Source of the DNA: Bigelowiella natans CCMP2755
Lineage: Eukaryota > Protista > Cercozoa
Assembly: GCA_000320545.1 (NCBI GenBank)
Contig: ADNK01000014.1
Span: 1 to 64,000 of the forward strand
Direction of reading: 5' to 3'
DNA: 64,000 nucleotides
The translations under genes were made by a program, and so were the position numbers. Below, piece by piece: positions 1 through 13,428 of this stretch. The notes beneath the pieces are model-generated. The model saw only the letters and a list, made by a program, of their open reading frames with translations, searched no databases and had not been told where the DNA came from. The stretch's first letter is position 1; every line of letters starts with the position of its first letter.

Positions 1-26
1 CTCTCTCTCTCTCTCTCCTCTCTCTC

Positions 27-64
<38 letters not shown>

Positions 65-87
65 CAACGTGTAAATTTACATAAAAG

Positions 88-489
88 AACATTTGTAACC
101 GTCATATATTTGAAACGCCCTTGTCTCACCACCACGTTGTGCTCTATGATGAAAGATATGGAGACCTCATCTTCTTGGTTCTCGAATATCTTGGTGACAC
201 TGAAGCGGAGATACAACGAATTGCGATTGGTGAAATTGTACAGGTCATACAGAAATTCTAATTATTTCTTCCAAATCTGCTGACACTGTACTACCCTTAC
301 GATTGACACATGCACATTCATAGATTTCCTGTTCACATATCCAACTCGGTATCAATTGTCTGCTGTTCTGTGTACCAGGATACGAAAGAGAACCAATCGA
401 GCGTTGCGGAGCGACTTCGCTCTGTATCCAGATTGTGTGACGATGCTGTAGCTTCGATTTGGGATGTCATACGCATGTCATTACGTTGA
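88..489 (+). CDS. 3' end of an unknown multi-exon gene (last two exons)
   Basis: An open exon ~88-243 (NICNRHIFETPL...IAIGEIVQ) ends at cag|gt. After an intron to ccag at ~378, DTKENQSSVAERLRS...IRMSLR ends at TGA 487-489, followed by 3'-flank-type sequence. No family recognised. Confidence 0.35.
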
Positions 490-1555
490 TGAAATCAAGG
501 CTTCCGTTTTCACTACTCGAAAGAATATGTAGTGTGCACCTAAACAAAACGCAAAGCGTTGGATGCATGCACAATGTCTAGATGCCATTAACATATCGCT
601 GATATCTTAGCACATGTATCTAGACAAGCTAGCATGCATGAACATTCACATGCATGTGATATATAGTGATGCTATTTCACAGTAGTTGCCAAATCAGCTT
701 TATAGCTTACGTGCTAGCGTGTCTAGCGTGTGCTACTCTAGCTAGTACTGGCTCGATCCTGCCTATCGTATCGCGTGAACGCGTGACCAGCTGCTCTAGC
801 TAGCTAGTGTTCTGTCATCTGATCTACCTCGCAGTTTTAGATGACGCCGCTGCTACGCATCGCATAGCTAGATAACCGTGTACTCTAACTCTAGTACTCA
901 TACTAGTCATCATGTGAGCATGTATATGACAATGGTCAATGGTCTACACACCGACACTTTCGCATCGGCAATCGGCAACCATATTGCACTGACTGACCGG
1001 CTGACCGGTGCATGCTTGCGTAGCGCTAGATAGTCCTGAAGTGCACGCGTGCGCCACGTCAGATATACATGGAGGGCTAGAGGGCGAGCGATGCATCGAT
1101 GCGCAGAATCTCTATTAGACATGGCAAAACGACTTTGGCACAAGCTTATTCTGCTGTACGTGGACACAGCATTTTCTTCAAACTGTTACTCACTCTCGGT
1201 TGTGTATGTGCGCAATAGTGCACGTTCGTTGATTGTAAAATAATAATGTTGATGATAAATAAGTTGTGCGATGACGATGCACATGTACATTTGTTGATGT
1301 TTCTGATACGTGAATATCGTAACCAAATCGTGTAATATTAGCATCTGATGGTAATCAAATGAATTTTAAAGAAACTAATGTAATATCGTCTGGAAATTAA
1401 TTCAAAAAAATTTGCTCGTAACATTTAAGGAACATTGCATCTCTTTTAAGATGTTAAAATTTCATCTCTTAAATAGGATTATAAGAATGAAGGGCTCATG
1501 CTCATTCTCATTCTACTGTTCATCCTAATCCAGCGAAGCAGTCGTTGATTGATTC

Positions 1556-2483
1556 ACCAGTGCCTCTTCAACGTTGTAAGAATGCTGTATTTAGTGGCCC
1601 ATTTCTTGGAGCTCGATAGCAACCTGATAAAGATAATGATATATCAGAATGAATACGGTGGGGGCTGATGTAATTTAAGACATGACTCCTTACTTTTTGG
1701 GTAGGATGCTCTTGGCCTGATAACCTGGAATCCAGTGCTTTTCGGTGTATTGAGTGTTGAAAAAAGATATAATGGAGATCGAGCTCTCATAGTCTGTGGC
1801 TTTGCAATTGTTACACTATTACAAATAGTGTTCCCATTGAAAGTAGGAGATATCGTCCTCTTGAAGATCGATATGCCATTACTGTTACTGGCACATTTGC
1901 TGACACGGCAGTCCGTATAATCTTTCATAGTTTTAGTAAGAGATAAGGGGTCCTCTTTCAATCTACGAGGAGCTCCAGATGACATTTCCTGGAAAAACAA
2001 ATACAAGAGTATGGGTTTAACTTGTCATTTCATATTGCTCAATAAAATTACCTTGTATATCCCTGAAGTTGGCCGGAACGGTAAAATCTGCAAGGGTTCG
2101 GAAAGAACTTTAATAATCGAGACAAGAAAATTAATTGATCACATGTTCCTATCCCATGCTTGACATATTTTTCCAGAGTGCTCGCTCACCCTTCGATTTC
2201 GCCTCATACGCCCAGACCTTCCTTTATGCTCTGATGCACTTTGTCCCGAGCGATCGTAAAGTGAATCTTTCTCACTGTTACATGAACGCAGAGGGGGTGT
2301 ACAGAATGGTGGAGGAGCAGTAGATTTTATAGCAAAGGGAGATTGTGAAGGAGAGGGGGTGGGGCCTCTATGGGTTCGTTGGCGCTTCATCGTTCGGCCA
2401 CACGAATTCTGTATGATTTTAACTGTTCGACTTTGAAAGAACAAAATTGTATTTTGACGGACATATTTGCCGTTTCTAACCAA
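1556..2483 (-). CDS. Hypothetical Ser/Arg/Pro-rich protein, multi-exon
   Basis: Minus-strand ORFs 2139-2483 and 1644-2006 are free of microsatellites and have plausible splice sites (ttccag|GAAATG near 1990; TTCCAG|gttatc near 1724). No homology recognised; start uncertain. Confidence 0.3.
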
Positions 2484-3199
2484 AATATGATCTTTTCTGG
2501 CTTCAGATGCCTCTTGGCAATTGTGGTAATTCGAACAAGATAAGGATTAAGACAACTCAAACCGCAACCTGGTCGCTTTTTTGAACTACCTGAATTATTT
2601 CATTGTCGTAAGAAGAAATCCGCATGTATTACCTCTGTTTGCGAACTATAGGATTTGATGTTTGATGTTACCAAGGCGTTACCCGTCGATCATGGGAAAT
2701 CCCATGTCATTTTGCCGATTTACGAAGATTGCTCATTGAGGGCCCGACCCACCCTCGTTCCCTCGTTGCCTACCCTACAGACCCGCTACCGGGAATTTAT
2801 TTCTGGGAAAACACTATGTTTTCATCGGTGGAGACAAGCGATCGGTTCTGTCGTAAGTACTCCATGGTTGGTCATGGAAGTTCTTTTTTGGAGGGCAATC
2901 CAATTTGGCGCCAACTTAGGTTGAGATTTTCATTATAAACTTTGTGCAGAAATATCCTAGCATTTTAAGCCAATATTCGCTTGGAAGATATGAAATATAG
3001 TAAATAGACATGTATTTTTAAAAATTAATGCAAATCAGAATTATGTTCATAAATCGCGCTATTATGTTTGGCGCCAAAATGTCCCATGTGGCCAAAATGT
3101 CTGGTCCGCGGGTACAACTCTTGAGATTCTCAAGAATCGAGGAATGCCGGGGATTTGAAACGAACCCCGAGGAATTCGATTTTACTCCAATTCATCTCA

Positions 3200-3923
3200 A
3201 TGGCCGACTCCCGATCTGCCGCAATGGGCGAGCAGTACCCTGCGTTTCTAGGCACAGGGGAATGGGCAGAGTCCGGTATTGGGATAGGATTGCAGGCAGG
3301 AGTCATCCTTCCAGCTTGCACACCATCTCTTCCAAACGAAGAAGAGGGGAATGAGACGGGTTCCAGAGATTGGAGACCCAAGCTCGTCGGATCACAACGT
3401 TGTATTCATTTGCGAGTTCATCTTGTGATCACTGTTCATGTCCAAAATTGCATTTACTCTCCATCGGCCGCAATATTATGCGTGCGATTTGAAAGAGATT
3501 ATACAGAACGTACACCTTGCCTCATAATACCGAGCCTTGCACACAACTGCAACAAAAACAGCAACAACTAACGCAGGCGGTCAACAATTGTGCATCGGGC
3601 GAGTGCAGTTATTTCACGACAAAATGTCACTTCAGACAGGTTACGATGTTGAAACTTTCTAGGAGGCATCGTTTAATCCTCACCTACTACTACTCCTCCG
3701 CCTCCTCCTCCTCCTCCTCCTCCTCCTCCTCCTCCTTATTTTGACGGCGAATGAATGACCTCCCTACATCTTGAACCTCCTCATAAATAGGTGCTGCTGC
3801 TGCAGAGATAATAAACCCTTTCTCGCCAACGTGCAGGACTTTGGACCTCGCCATGGAACATACCCAGGCGCATGTATGTGTGTGCATGGATGCTGCTGCT
3901 CCTGCTGCTGCTGTGTAAGATTG

Positions 3924-3964
<41 letters not shown>

Positions 3965-4548
3965 ACGTGTCTGGAAATGTTCCCAAGAGAGAGGGGAGGG
4001 GGGGGGGGGGAGAGAGAGAGAGAGAGAGAGAGAGAGGGAAACTTATAGCTCTTTTGATAAGCGCTTGGTTTTAGCGAGGTTTCTTATTATTTGTTCATGT
4101 GGTTTCTTATTATTTGTTGATGTGCTGTTGCATGGTGTTTTCAGGGGAACACTGTCGTTTCGTGGTGTAGCAGAAGCCGCAGGAGAACCGACGAAAATGT
4201 GATAATACTTTATCATCATACATAGTTAATTATTAGCACAACGGACTTCATTTACTAAATCACACTTGTTATAAATCTGCCAATATTTCGTGGTGCCTAG
4301 CCTGTCGTTGGATATGTCTCTGGTCCAGAGAGCTCGCACTTAGTGGTAGCATCTGGTTGAGGGGAAGGGGGGGAGGGGAGGAGGAGGAGGAGGAGGAGGA
4401 GGAGGAGGAGGAGGAGGGCTACTCCGTGAAACGAGATGATGACGTATCACTGTAGCTGTGATGACACGTTGTGGTCCCACTGAGCCCTGTTAATTGTAGA
4501 TCTTGAGAGTAGAAGAGTCAACTTACCATATTTATTCTAAACAAGCAT

Positions 4549-4586
<38 letters not shown>

Positions 4587-4715
4587 TTATAAAATACATT
4601 TGTTGTTATATGTTTCCACGTACATACTCAATAGCTACGTAGTTTGAGCAGCACGGAGTCGGATATACGTTGTTTAAATCTCGGTACTTATGATAAAACA
4701 CACATGAGAGATGAC

Positions 4716-4751
<36 letters not shown>

Positions 4752-4793
4752 AACGATGACGATGATCATTATAAATCATGTACGCATAGGCAC

Positions 4794-4835
<42 letters not shown>

Positions 4836-5442
4836 GACACAGCCACACATAGGCACAGATAACGGAAAACTCTCATAAAAAACAATTGGAAATGTTATTT
4901 CTTTCAATCCAATATTCTCTCCTCCTTCTCCTCTCCAACTGTGCACATATATATTTGCCAGGCTCTCCGATCTATCAGCTCGAGATGATGGACTACAATC
5001 AGACAAATTGTGCAGCAGCAGCAGCAGCAGCAGCAGGAGGAGGAGGAGGAGAAGGAGGAGGAGGAGGAATAGGAGGGGGGAAAGGGCGAGCACTCTGGAC
5101 GGGGAGCTCCAATTCTTTAGTAGTGGCTCGACAAGAGAGAGGTGTCGTTTTCATGGACGTAAACTTGCTAGGGAGAAGTGGGGAAGATGACGACGATCAG
5201 AAGTCTGCTCGTAGAATTGAAGACGATGATAGTGAAGAAACGCCTGACTCGAATGGACTCCGAGGAAATGTGACACCACCTGAAATCCGGATCATTGATC
5301 GATACCGGTAAGATGCCGATTTGTTATCAGCTGTAGTGTGTGGGGGAGACGATAGAATGTATGTGGTTGGATTAGCCATTCGTAGCGGCGTGGAAGTAGT
5401 AGTTAACTTGCATTGCTAATACTCACACACACGCCCATGAGT

Positions 5443-5486
<44 letters not shown>

Positions 5487-5546
5487 TGTGTGAAAGAGTT
5501 TGCGCAAATGTATTATTGCTTTCAGAAAACTATGTTACTGGAGGAG

Positions 5547-5589
<43 letters not shown>

Positions 5590-6150
5590 AGAGAGAGATA
5601 GAAGGAGAGAGACCTGATAGGTCCGCACATTAAAATATCCTGATAAGTATCTATATCGTACCATCTCAACAATAGCATTCCAGAGGATGAAGCGGAGGGA
5701 GTTGTGGACGTTGCAATAAATCCCACCATCTCCTACCAGGTCGTCGGAAAAGGAGCAGAACAACAACAACCAACACACGCACACACACATACACTCAGAG
5801 AGAGAGAGAGGGGGGGGAGGGGGGGAATCCATAAACACGCACAAGATCCCCACAACACAGTAACTAAGGTAGATTACATATGCAGACCGCGATTTTGAGC
5901 GGCGACGGAAGAGTCAGAATATGGGATGTGAGAAATGCCCCCCTCAATCCGTATGAAGAACGAGGAGGAGGAGGAACAAAGAAAGAGCACAGAAGAAGGG
6001 GGAAGTCTAGCAACACAACAAGCGCACGAGCGAAACGACGGACGATGACCACATTTGATCTCAGTCATATTTCTACCAGGACTAGGATTCCACCGCCTAA
6101 GCGGTAATCAGAGCAATAATGATGATAGTAATAATAATAATAATACGTTG

Positions 6151-6183
<33 letters not shown>

Positions 6184-6981
6184 GTGTGTGTGCGCGCGCG
6201 CGCGCGTGCGTTTTGTGTGCGTTTGTGTGTGTGCGTGTGCGTATTTTCATGCATACGTCGCATGTGTGACGTCATTACAAAAAAGAAGGCATCAATGAGA
6301 TACCTTTTCTGCTGCTTTCGAAAGAGACCAAACACAATTGATCATCATCATCATCATCATCACCATCATCCTCATCATGCCTCCTATGTCATCTCGCTCA
6401 AACACCTCGCGACGACTCATCACACCCCCAGTCAACGCTCCTATTCATACAAGCACGTAGTAGCATATATCAAGGGGGCGTGTTGTATACCTCATACACT
6501 ACACGGAGGTGTCTAGTCTGATGATCAATGTGCACAGGAAAAGACAGCAGCGATTATCTCTGCGCGAGCTCATTATAAGGACCTCCCCTACGGCTGCTGC
6601 CATTTTTGCAGCAGCGACGATGACGCCCAAAGCCAATGGTACTAGTACAACGGGAGGATCATCAGCAGCATCTTCGTCATCACTTTCGTCCTCCTCCTCG
6701 TCATCTTTGCCTCCTGCTCTCACTGCCTGGATGGCCAAAACCATAAGGGAGGTGCTAATCGAAGGTACAACCATACACACGCACACGCACACGCACACGC
6801 ACACGCACCACACAAGTGCGTGATTATTTATAAACATATCAGGACAAGGAAAACATAGGAAGGAGAGCATATTCTTCAAGAGCCGGGAAAAGGAGCTTGT
6901 GCTCGATGCTTCAAACATTCTGTTTGTTCCAAGATAGGAAGAAAAAGAAGAAGAAAAGACATCAATATAACATATACATTT

Positions 6982-7021
<40 letters not shown>

Positions 7022-7560
7022 TGTATATCACTCTTGAACACGCCTTATCTCTTTCTTTGCTCTCGTTCCACCACCACCACCACAATTCCTTCGCCAAAAC
7101 ACTAACGCCCTTCCTCGTCGTCTCCACCCTCGTTGCCTACCCCTCTTCTACTTTCCTTGATTGTGCGCTTCAATGCTCCTCTGCTGCCTTCACTTCTTTC
7201 TTCATTTCTTCTTCATATCTTCCTTCCTCCAAAGATCCCATCCAGTGTATGAGGCTGCGGACCACAGAATGCGTCAGCGGTTTCGGAATAGAGAGGGCCC
7301 TCGGTCGGTGATGATCGATAATCAAACATGGCAGCAGCGGCTAGTGGCAGCAGATAAAGGAACGTAGAACAGGATGAGGAGGGAAAAGGAGACGGAGAGA
7401 TGTAGCAGTAGCAGCAGCAGCATAATCACAGCAGCATCTTGTATTTAACCTTCTCTTCTCTCCGTTTGATCCCTCCCGTTTTTCTTCTTCTTCTTCTTCT
7501 TTTTCTTCGTGTAGGTATTGGTGTTATTTCTGTGACCATGCGGTTGCGAGTAAAGACTGG

Positions 7561-7596
<36 letters not shown>

Positions 7597-8035
7597 ACGA
7601 GGGGGGGGAAGGGAAGTTATCGTTCTCTAGCAAAAACTAGCAGCGGATGGAATCAGTTATAGTGGTGGTAGTGAGGAGGAGGAGGAGGAGGAGCAGTAGG
7701 AAAATTGCGAATACTAATGATGAAGAAGTACATAATGATGATATTTGGGAGAGCACAAGAGGAGGGTAGGCAATCTGTTTCATAATATTCAACGAATATA
7801 GTATATCCTATCGTGTAAATGAATACATTTGTCGTGGTCAATTTGGGGTGGTATTAAGTGCGTGCGTGGTGCTATGACAACAGAGTCAGCACGTGGAGTG
7901 GGAGATGTCCAAATGGAGGGACAAGCGGAGACGGTGACTGTCGTTTATTGCTTAGTTCGCACATTGAGAATGTGCCGCCTTTTGGTTCACTGTCAGCGCT
8001 ACTAGGATTATTATTATCACCCGTCGTCACAAGTC

Positions 8036-8072
<37 letters not shown>

Positions 8073-9336
8073 AATGATTTGGCTCTTCCTCTGATCTTAT
8101 TCCAGCGATTACATTAAATCATAGTAGTAATCAATGCATGATCGACCACGTAGGGATGGGGTCGGGGATCGCAGGGAGGAGAGAACCCCAAGATTTCTCC
8201 AGAAGATGTGGATTGAAAGCAATGCCGAATACCATCATTGTACGTTACGAGACAAGCTGCCTACGACACCATTAACATCGTCATTCGCCGCATTACCTCC
8301 TCATCTGTATGAAAAAATGGAAATAATAACGATGATTCGGCGTTGATCTGCATCTCTCTCCCGATCCAACCTGCCCATTACTCTCTCTTCTCTCTCCGAC
8401 TGTGTGCCCCCCCTCCTCCTCCTCCTTCTCTCATATTCATTCTGTCCTTGTATTACAACCAACAGTACTAGGTGGCCTTGGTTTCAGAGCTACAGATCAT
8501 CTTCTAATGGATGGATATGATACCATCATGAGGCGGCCAAACAACAATAACGACACTACCACTAGCAGCGATCACGCTGGGACGATGCCCCCTCCTCCGA
8601 GCCAGCATCAGCAGCAAAAACATCTTCCTAATGATGCTGTCTCCTCCTCCCCCTCCCCCTCTTCTTCTTCTTCTTCTTTGCCGTTTCACCTGCCGTTGCG
8701 GATTTCCAGATGCACGTTCGCCGCACACCCGCAGGTACGGAGTAGAAGTAAATAGGAAGAAGAAGAAGAAGAAGAAGAAGAAGAAGAAGAAGCACGTAGT
8801 AGCCTTGCAGATTCGTCGTCATCATCATCGTCATCATCATCGTCATCATCATCATCACCATCACCGTCACACCCCGTCGTCACGCCCATCCATCTATCGA
8901 TGACTCTTTCTAATAATTGATGATGCTGCTGCTTGTTTGCTGGTGAATCATGCAACAACAGGAGCTCCTGCTGATGGCCGACAAATCCATCCACAGACTA
9001 GATCTTCGGGACCGCACAAGTCGTCATCGTTGCGGTAGCATTCGCACTACTACAGCTGCTGCTGGTGAAAAGAAAAAGAGATCACCATACTACCGCTCCT
9101 ACCCAGCATCCTCCTCCTCCTCCTCCTCCTCGTCTATTTCCTCGTCGCCATCATCATCGCTGCTTACCCGTGTGATGACTCCGCCATTGTTGGAGCTCGG
9201 AGAGTCGTACCACGCAATAGCAGTCAACACACGGATTCGCCGGTTCCAATTTGCCACCGCGACAACTAGGCATTTATCTCTCTTTGACCAGCGGTGCGAG
9301 TGAATGACTTTTCCTCCCTCATGAAAGAGAGTAGAG

Positions 9337-9379
<43 letters not shown>

Positions 9380-10179
9380 TTCTGTACATTCATCGATAGT
9401 AATAGTAACTCGAAGTAATCATCGGTGACTGCTTTGTTGATGTTGGTAGGTACACAAAGAGGCCGTTACTACGATGGCAGCATCGCTGCGAGCGCCACCC
9501 CCCCACCCATATTCACTTCACGAAGATGCAAAACGGTAATGCTGTTTGATCGTATCCCTTTTGTTTGTTTGTTTGTTTGCTCGGTCATCGCTTCGGAATG
9601 GCAGTTATGCTGAATCGCTGTCTGAGTCTATACTTCGCGCAAACACGCACATGCACGCGCACACACGTGTACAGATTTATTTTACACATAGCACCAAGTC
9701 TACGTTACTACATGCCTCTCCTTTCGTGCTGCCGTTTTGATTTTTTAAAGATAACGAGATGATGATTCTTCTTCGCTCTGTCCCTGAGCATGGGCTCTTG
9801 GCCTTCAGATACCATGACGGTTCTCACGTCTACCACAAACACCCTTCGAAATAACCTTAACATTCACGCTGCATTCATTTGACATAATGTCCTCCACTGC
9901 CCCGTGAGTGTGCGTGTGATGTGTGATGGATGGTCAAAATTCGCTCCGCAGCTTCTTGCTCTGCCGTCTTCTGTTTGTAGCCTTTCGTTTGCTTTCCCCT
10001 CCCTCATTTCATTCCCCTGACACTTGAATACTCGACAAAAAAATGATTTTCTAGGAGGAGGAGGGGGGGGGCTGTATTCTCAGGGATCACCGCAACTAAT
10101 ACGCTTGCAATGTAACGATGATGATTATTGCGATGATGGTGATGATGGTGGAGAATATCGATACTATTATACACACACG

Positions 10180-10214
<35 letters not shown>

Positions 10215-10289
10215 GATCATAAATGAGAGATCCCACTGGCTACATTATTAAAATATCTGGCTTATATTCTTACATATCTGGCTCATATT

Positions 10290-10327
<38 letters not shown>

Positions 10328-10389
10328 ACACATATTGTGACATCTAAAGCTAAGACGACGACCGTGGCCGTGTCACATAAGGGGAACAC

Positions 10390-10428
<39 letters not shown>

Positions 10429-10511
10429 TCTTCATATTAACATCATCATTCTCTGTTACATAAATCTTCGCCTTTCTCATCGCTCAGAGTCGCTCACCTT
10501 GGGCATCTCAC

Positions 10512-10548
<37 letters not shown>

Positions 10549-11645
10549 AAAACACGATACCCATGAATAAAGGCGCTCCCAATGAGGGAAACGGCGATAA
10601 ATGCTACTTCGGCTACTCCACCGTCGAGCCTCCACAAGAAGGGCGAGGTGGAAATGCTGATAATCATAACTACAAAGACCAGAGCGACGATGAGGATTCT
10701 CGAGCAGGATGGCGAAGGTCACAGCCGCAATCATCCGCAAGGATAACGATGCGTCTGCTAACAAACTGCTCAGGAACAATGAGATCTATGGTGAGTCGTC
10801 TCCACTCCACTCTCACACACTTACCGAAGAGGGGGAGACAGGGGGGGGGGGGGGGAAGGTAACAATTAGAGCCACTATCTACTTCTCTAATGGTCTATTT
10901 GATCGTGATAGGACATCCATTCAACGCTCGACGGCACCCCAGCAGGAAATAATACCAACGTTGCTTACAGAAGTAGAAGGGGGGGTCAGGGAGAAGGGGA
11001 GGCTGTTTATTATACACATCAGCAACAAAGGCATCGTAGTAGGGAAACTGCTGCTTTCAGGGAAGAAGAAGAAGAAGAAGAAGAAGAAGAAAGCATGAGA
11101 CCAACGCAGCGCACTGCCTCAAACGACGAGGACAACGGCGACGATGGTGCTGCAGAAGAATCAAACAGGAAGCTCGAAGAACGAAGGCTACTTGTAGCCA
11201 TTGAGAATACCCTTTTCCCTGCTGCTGACCAAGCTATGGACAATAGCACGCACAGCAGTGAAGGGGATTCATCGCTTTCACTTCGAGAGATCTTAGCGTC
11301 TTTTTTCCGTACACCACGGAGCACATTTGAGTTCGGTGAGAAGGTGTCACAACTAGTTGTCGATGATGAGGGAAAAAGATTCTCTTCTTCTTCTTCTTCT
11401 TCTTCTTCATCTTTATCCTCTTCTCGTGGCAAAAAGATTAAGAGGAGCAAGAAGAGGGGGAGAGAAGAGATGACCGAAGGTGTAGTATCTTCGACTTCAT
11501 CGTCTTCATCTCCGCCTGCATTCTCTCTTATTCTCAACTCTACTAACATTCTCTCGAAACTTTCCATATATCTCCATCGGCTTTCTGTAAACAACAACAA
11601 CAACAACAACAACAAAGAGAACACTTCCAAGAGGCATACCACTAG

Positions 11646-11680
<35 letters not shown>

Positions 11681-12033
11681 GGAAAAGGAAGAAGGAAGAA
11701 GAAGAGCAACACGACCCATTCGCTCTCCGCCGTCTTCCCTTTGCACCATTTCTCACCAAGATCGGGTTCGAAGCTCCTTCATCAACGCTATATGACGGAG
11801 AATCGGAAGGCTCCTCCTCCTTGAGAGATGGGTATAGTAATGATGATGACGACGACGACGATGACGATGGTGGTGATGGAGATAAGAGAGCTCGTGATGA
11901 GGATTCTGCAGCTCTAACAACAGTTGGCCCTCATCGATATATTTCTGAGACTTTCATTTCATCGGATGGCGCTGCTGCAGTGAAGAAAGCGCTCGGAATA
12001 AGCGAAGATGTAAATGGTAATACTTTCTCGTAA
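3200..12033 (+). CDS. TAF1C: TAF1C/Rrn6-like RNA polymerase I core-factor (SL1) subunit, WD40-like beta-propeller, ~20 exons
   Basis: Spliced motifs appear in the family order: VVDVAINPTISYQ|TAILSGDGRVRIWD (~5701-5930), CTFAAHPQ|ELLLMADKSIHRLDLRD (~8710-9012), ESYHAIAVN...FQFATATTRHLSLFDQR|YTKRPLLRWQH (~9202-9483). They match remembered TAF1C/Rrn6 hallmarks (DVxFNP; F..HP..L; L.D.R....P.L.W.H). The long low-complexity last exon ends at TAA 12033. Confidence 0.7.
4078..4124. repeat. Short tandem duplication (~23 bp x2) in a TAF1C intron
   Basis: ggtttcttattatttgttcatgt followed by ggtttcttattatttgttgatgt. Confidence 0.85.
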
Positions 12034-12880
12034 AATTAGAAGCCTGTGAGGATTTTGATTTGTGCCTTGAACCAAAATGATATGAATAATGAGATCAACT
12101 CTTGGGAATAACAAGATAATGCTTCCAACATGTGTGCGAAGTACATCGTAGTCACGATACCCGCGTGTACATAGTAGTAACAAATCTACGCGTGTAAATA
12201 GAGCGTTTGCGCGTGCTAGCTCTCAAGTTGTCCTGTTGTATGCTGACGGCCTTTCAGAACTTCGCGTACATAGCATGCAGTTCATGACCTCATGCCACTC
12301 TATTGAGAACAATGCTACTTATATAACTCTTATACGAATGAATACCACACTATCACAATTACTGCACCGTGTGCTATCGCACACAGAAGAGTCTTGATAA
12401 AGATCGATACCTTTTTTACCTAAGAAAGGTGAACGAACGGTGCATGCATGCATGCTTTATCTATTCATGTACAGCACGATGACAAGCTACATGCACGCAA
12501 CTTCTGCAACCTTTTTGCGTCCTAGTAGATTAAAGGTGACGTAAGAGCCTAACAATAGTTTTGACAGGCAAAGTGATGTATGTGCTATGAAGAGTGAAGG
12601 TGCTTTGTCTAGACGGCAACATGGTTCGACAATTTTCGTTAAAACATCACCGTGCTCACAATGGCACCTTTGCAGCGAAAACGCTGGCGGGACGATGATT
12701 AATCATGCAGAGTCGCACACCCACACAAGTTTCTCAGCACACTGCCCTCGCACTCGAAATGTAAATAACATGCGCGAGCAACACTGGAACGCATGAGTAA
12801 ATGAATGAATGAATGAATGAATGAAGCTAGTTCCAATGCTTGATTCGGAAGGGTTGAAGAGAAGAAGAAAGATCGAGCCG

Positions 12881-13395
12881 ATGAGCCGATCGGCTGCAGA
12901 TGCTCCAGGAGAAGAAATTAGGATGTGCGGAAAGTTTTCCATGGCCTTTTCACCCAAATTTACGACATAGAATCCGTTTTTCGAATAAACGCTCTGAGCT
13001 GTGAAAAAAGAGAGAAAAAACACGAGGATCAAAATCATTGTCGTAAGTGAAAAACCAAGGCGTTTTTGGTCTAAAATCCTCGAAGGTGTATCACCCACGT
13101 GCCAGCACGAACGATCCTGGTTGTTTTCTCGTCTGTCATCGTTGTGAGAGTGAGGGAGGAACTACTACTTTTGCATTTTCAACGGAGGCAGGGTCGGGAT
13201 CTGCTAGACGATGGGATCATACACAAGTAGCCTGGAGGATGGATCAAGCAATAACTCCATGCTTGCTGACACAAAGTCAAAATATGGGGCGCGCCTCGAT
13301 TTGCTTGGAATCCTTGGCGTTGTTCAATACATCGGGTAAGCGAGAGTCGCCATTCGAGTTGCTCGCGCACCACATCAACTGGCCTGCCATTTTGT

Positions 13396-13428
<33 letters not shown>

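Noticed and set aside
11019-11759. 246-aa minus-strand ORF
   Set aside because: Antisense shadow of the low-complexity last exon of the TAF1C-like gene.
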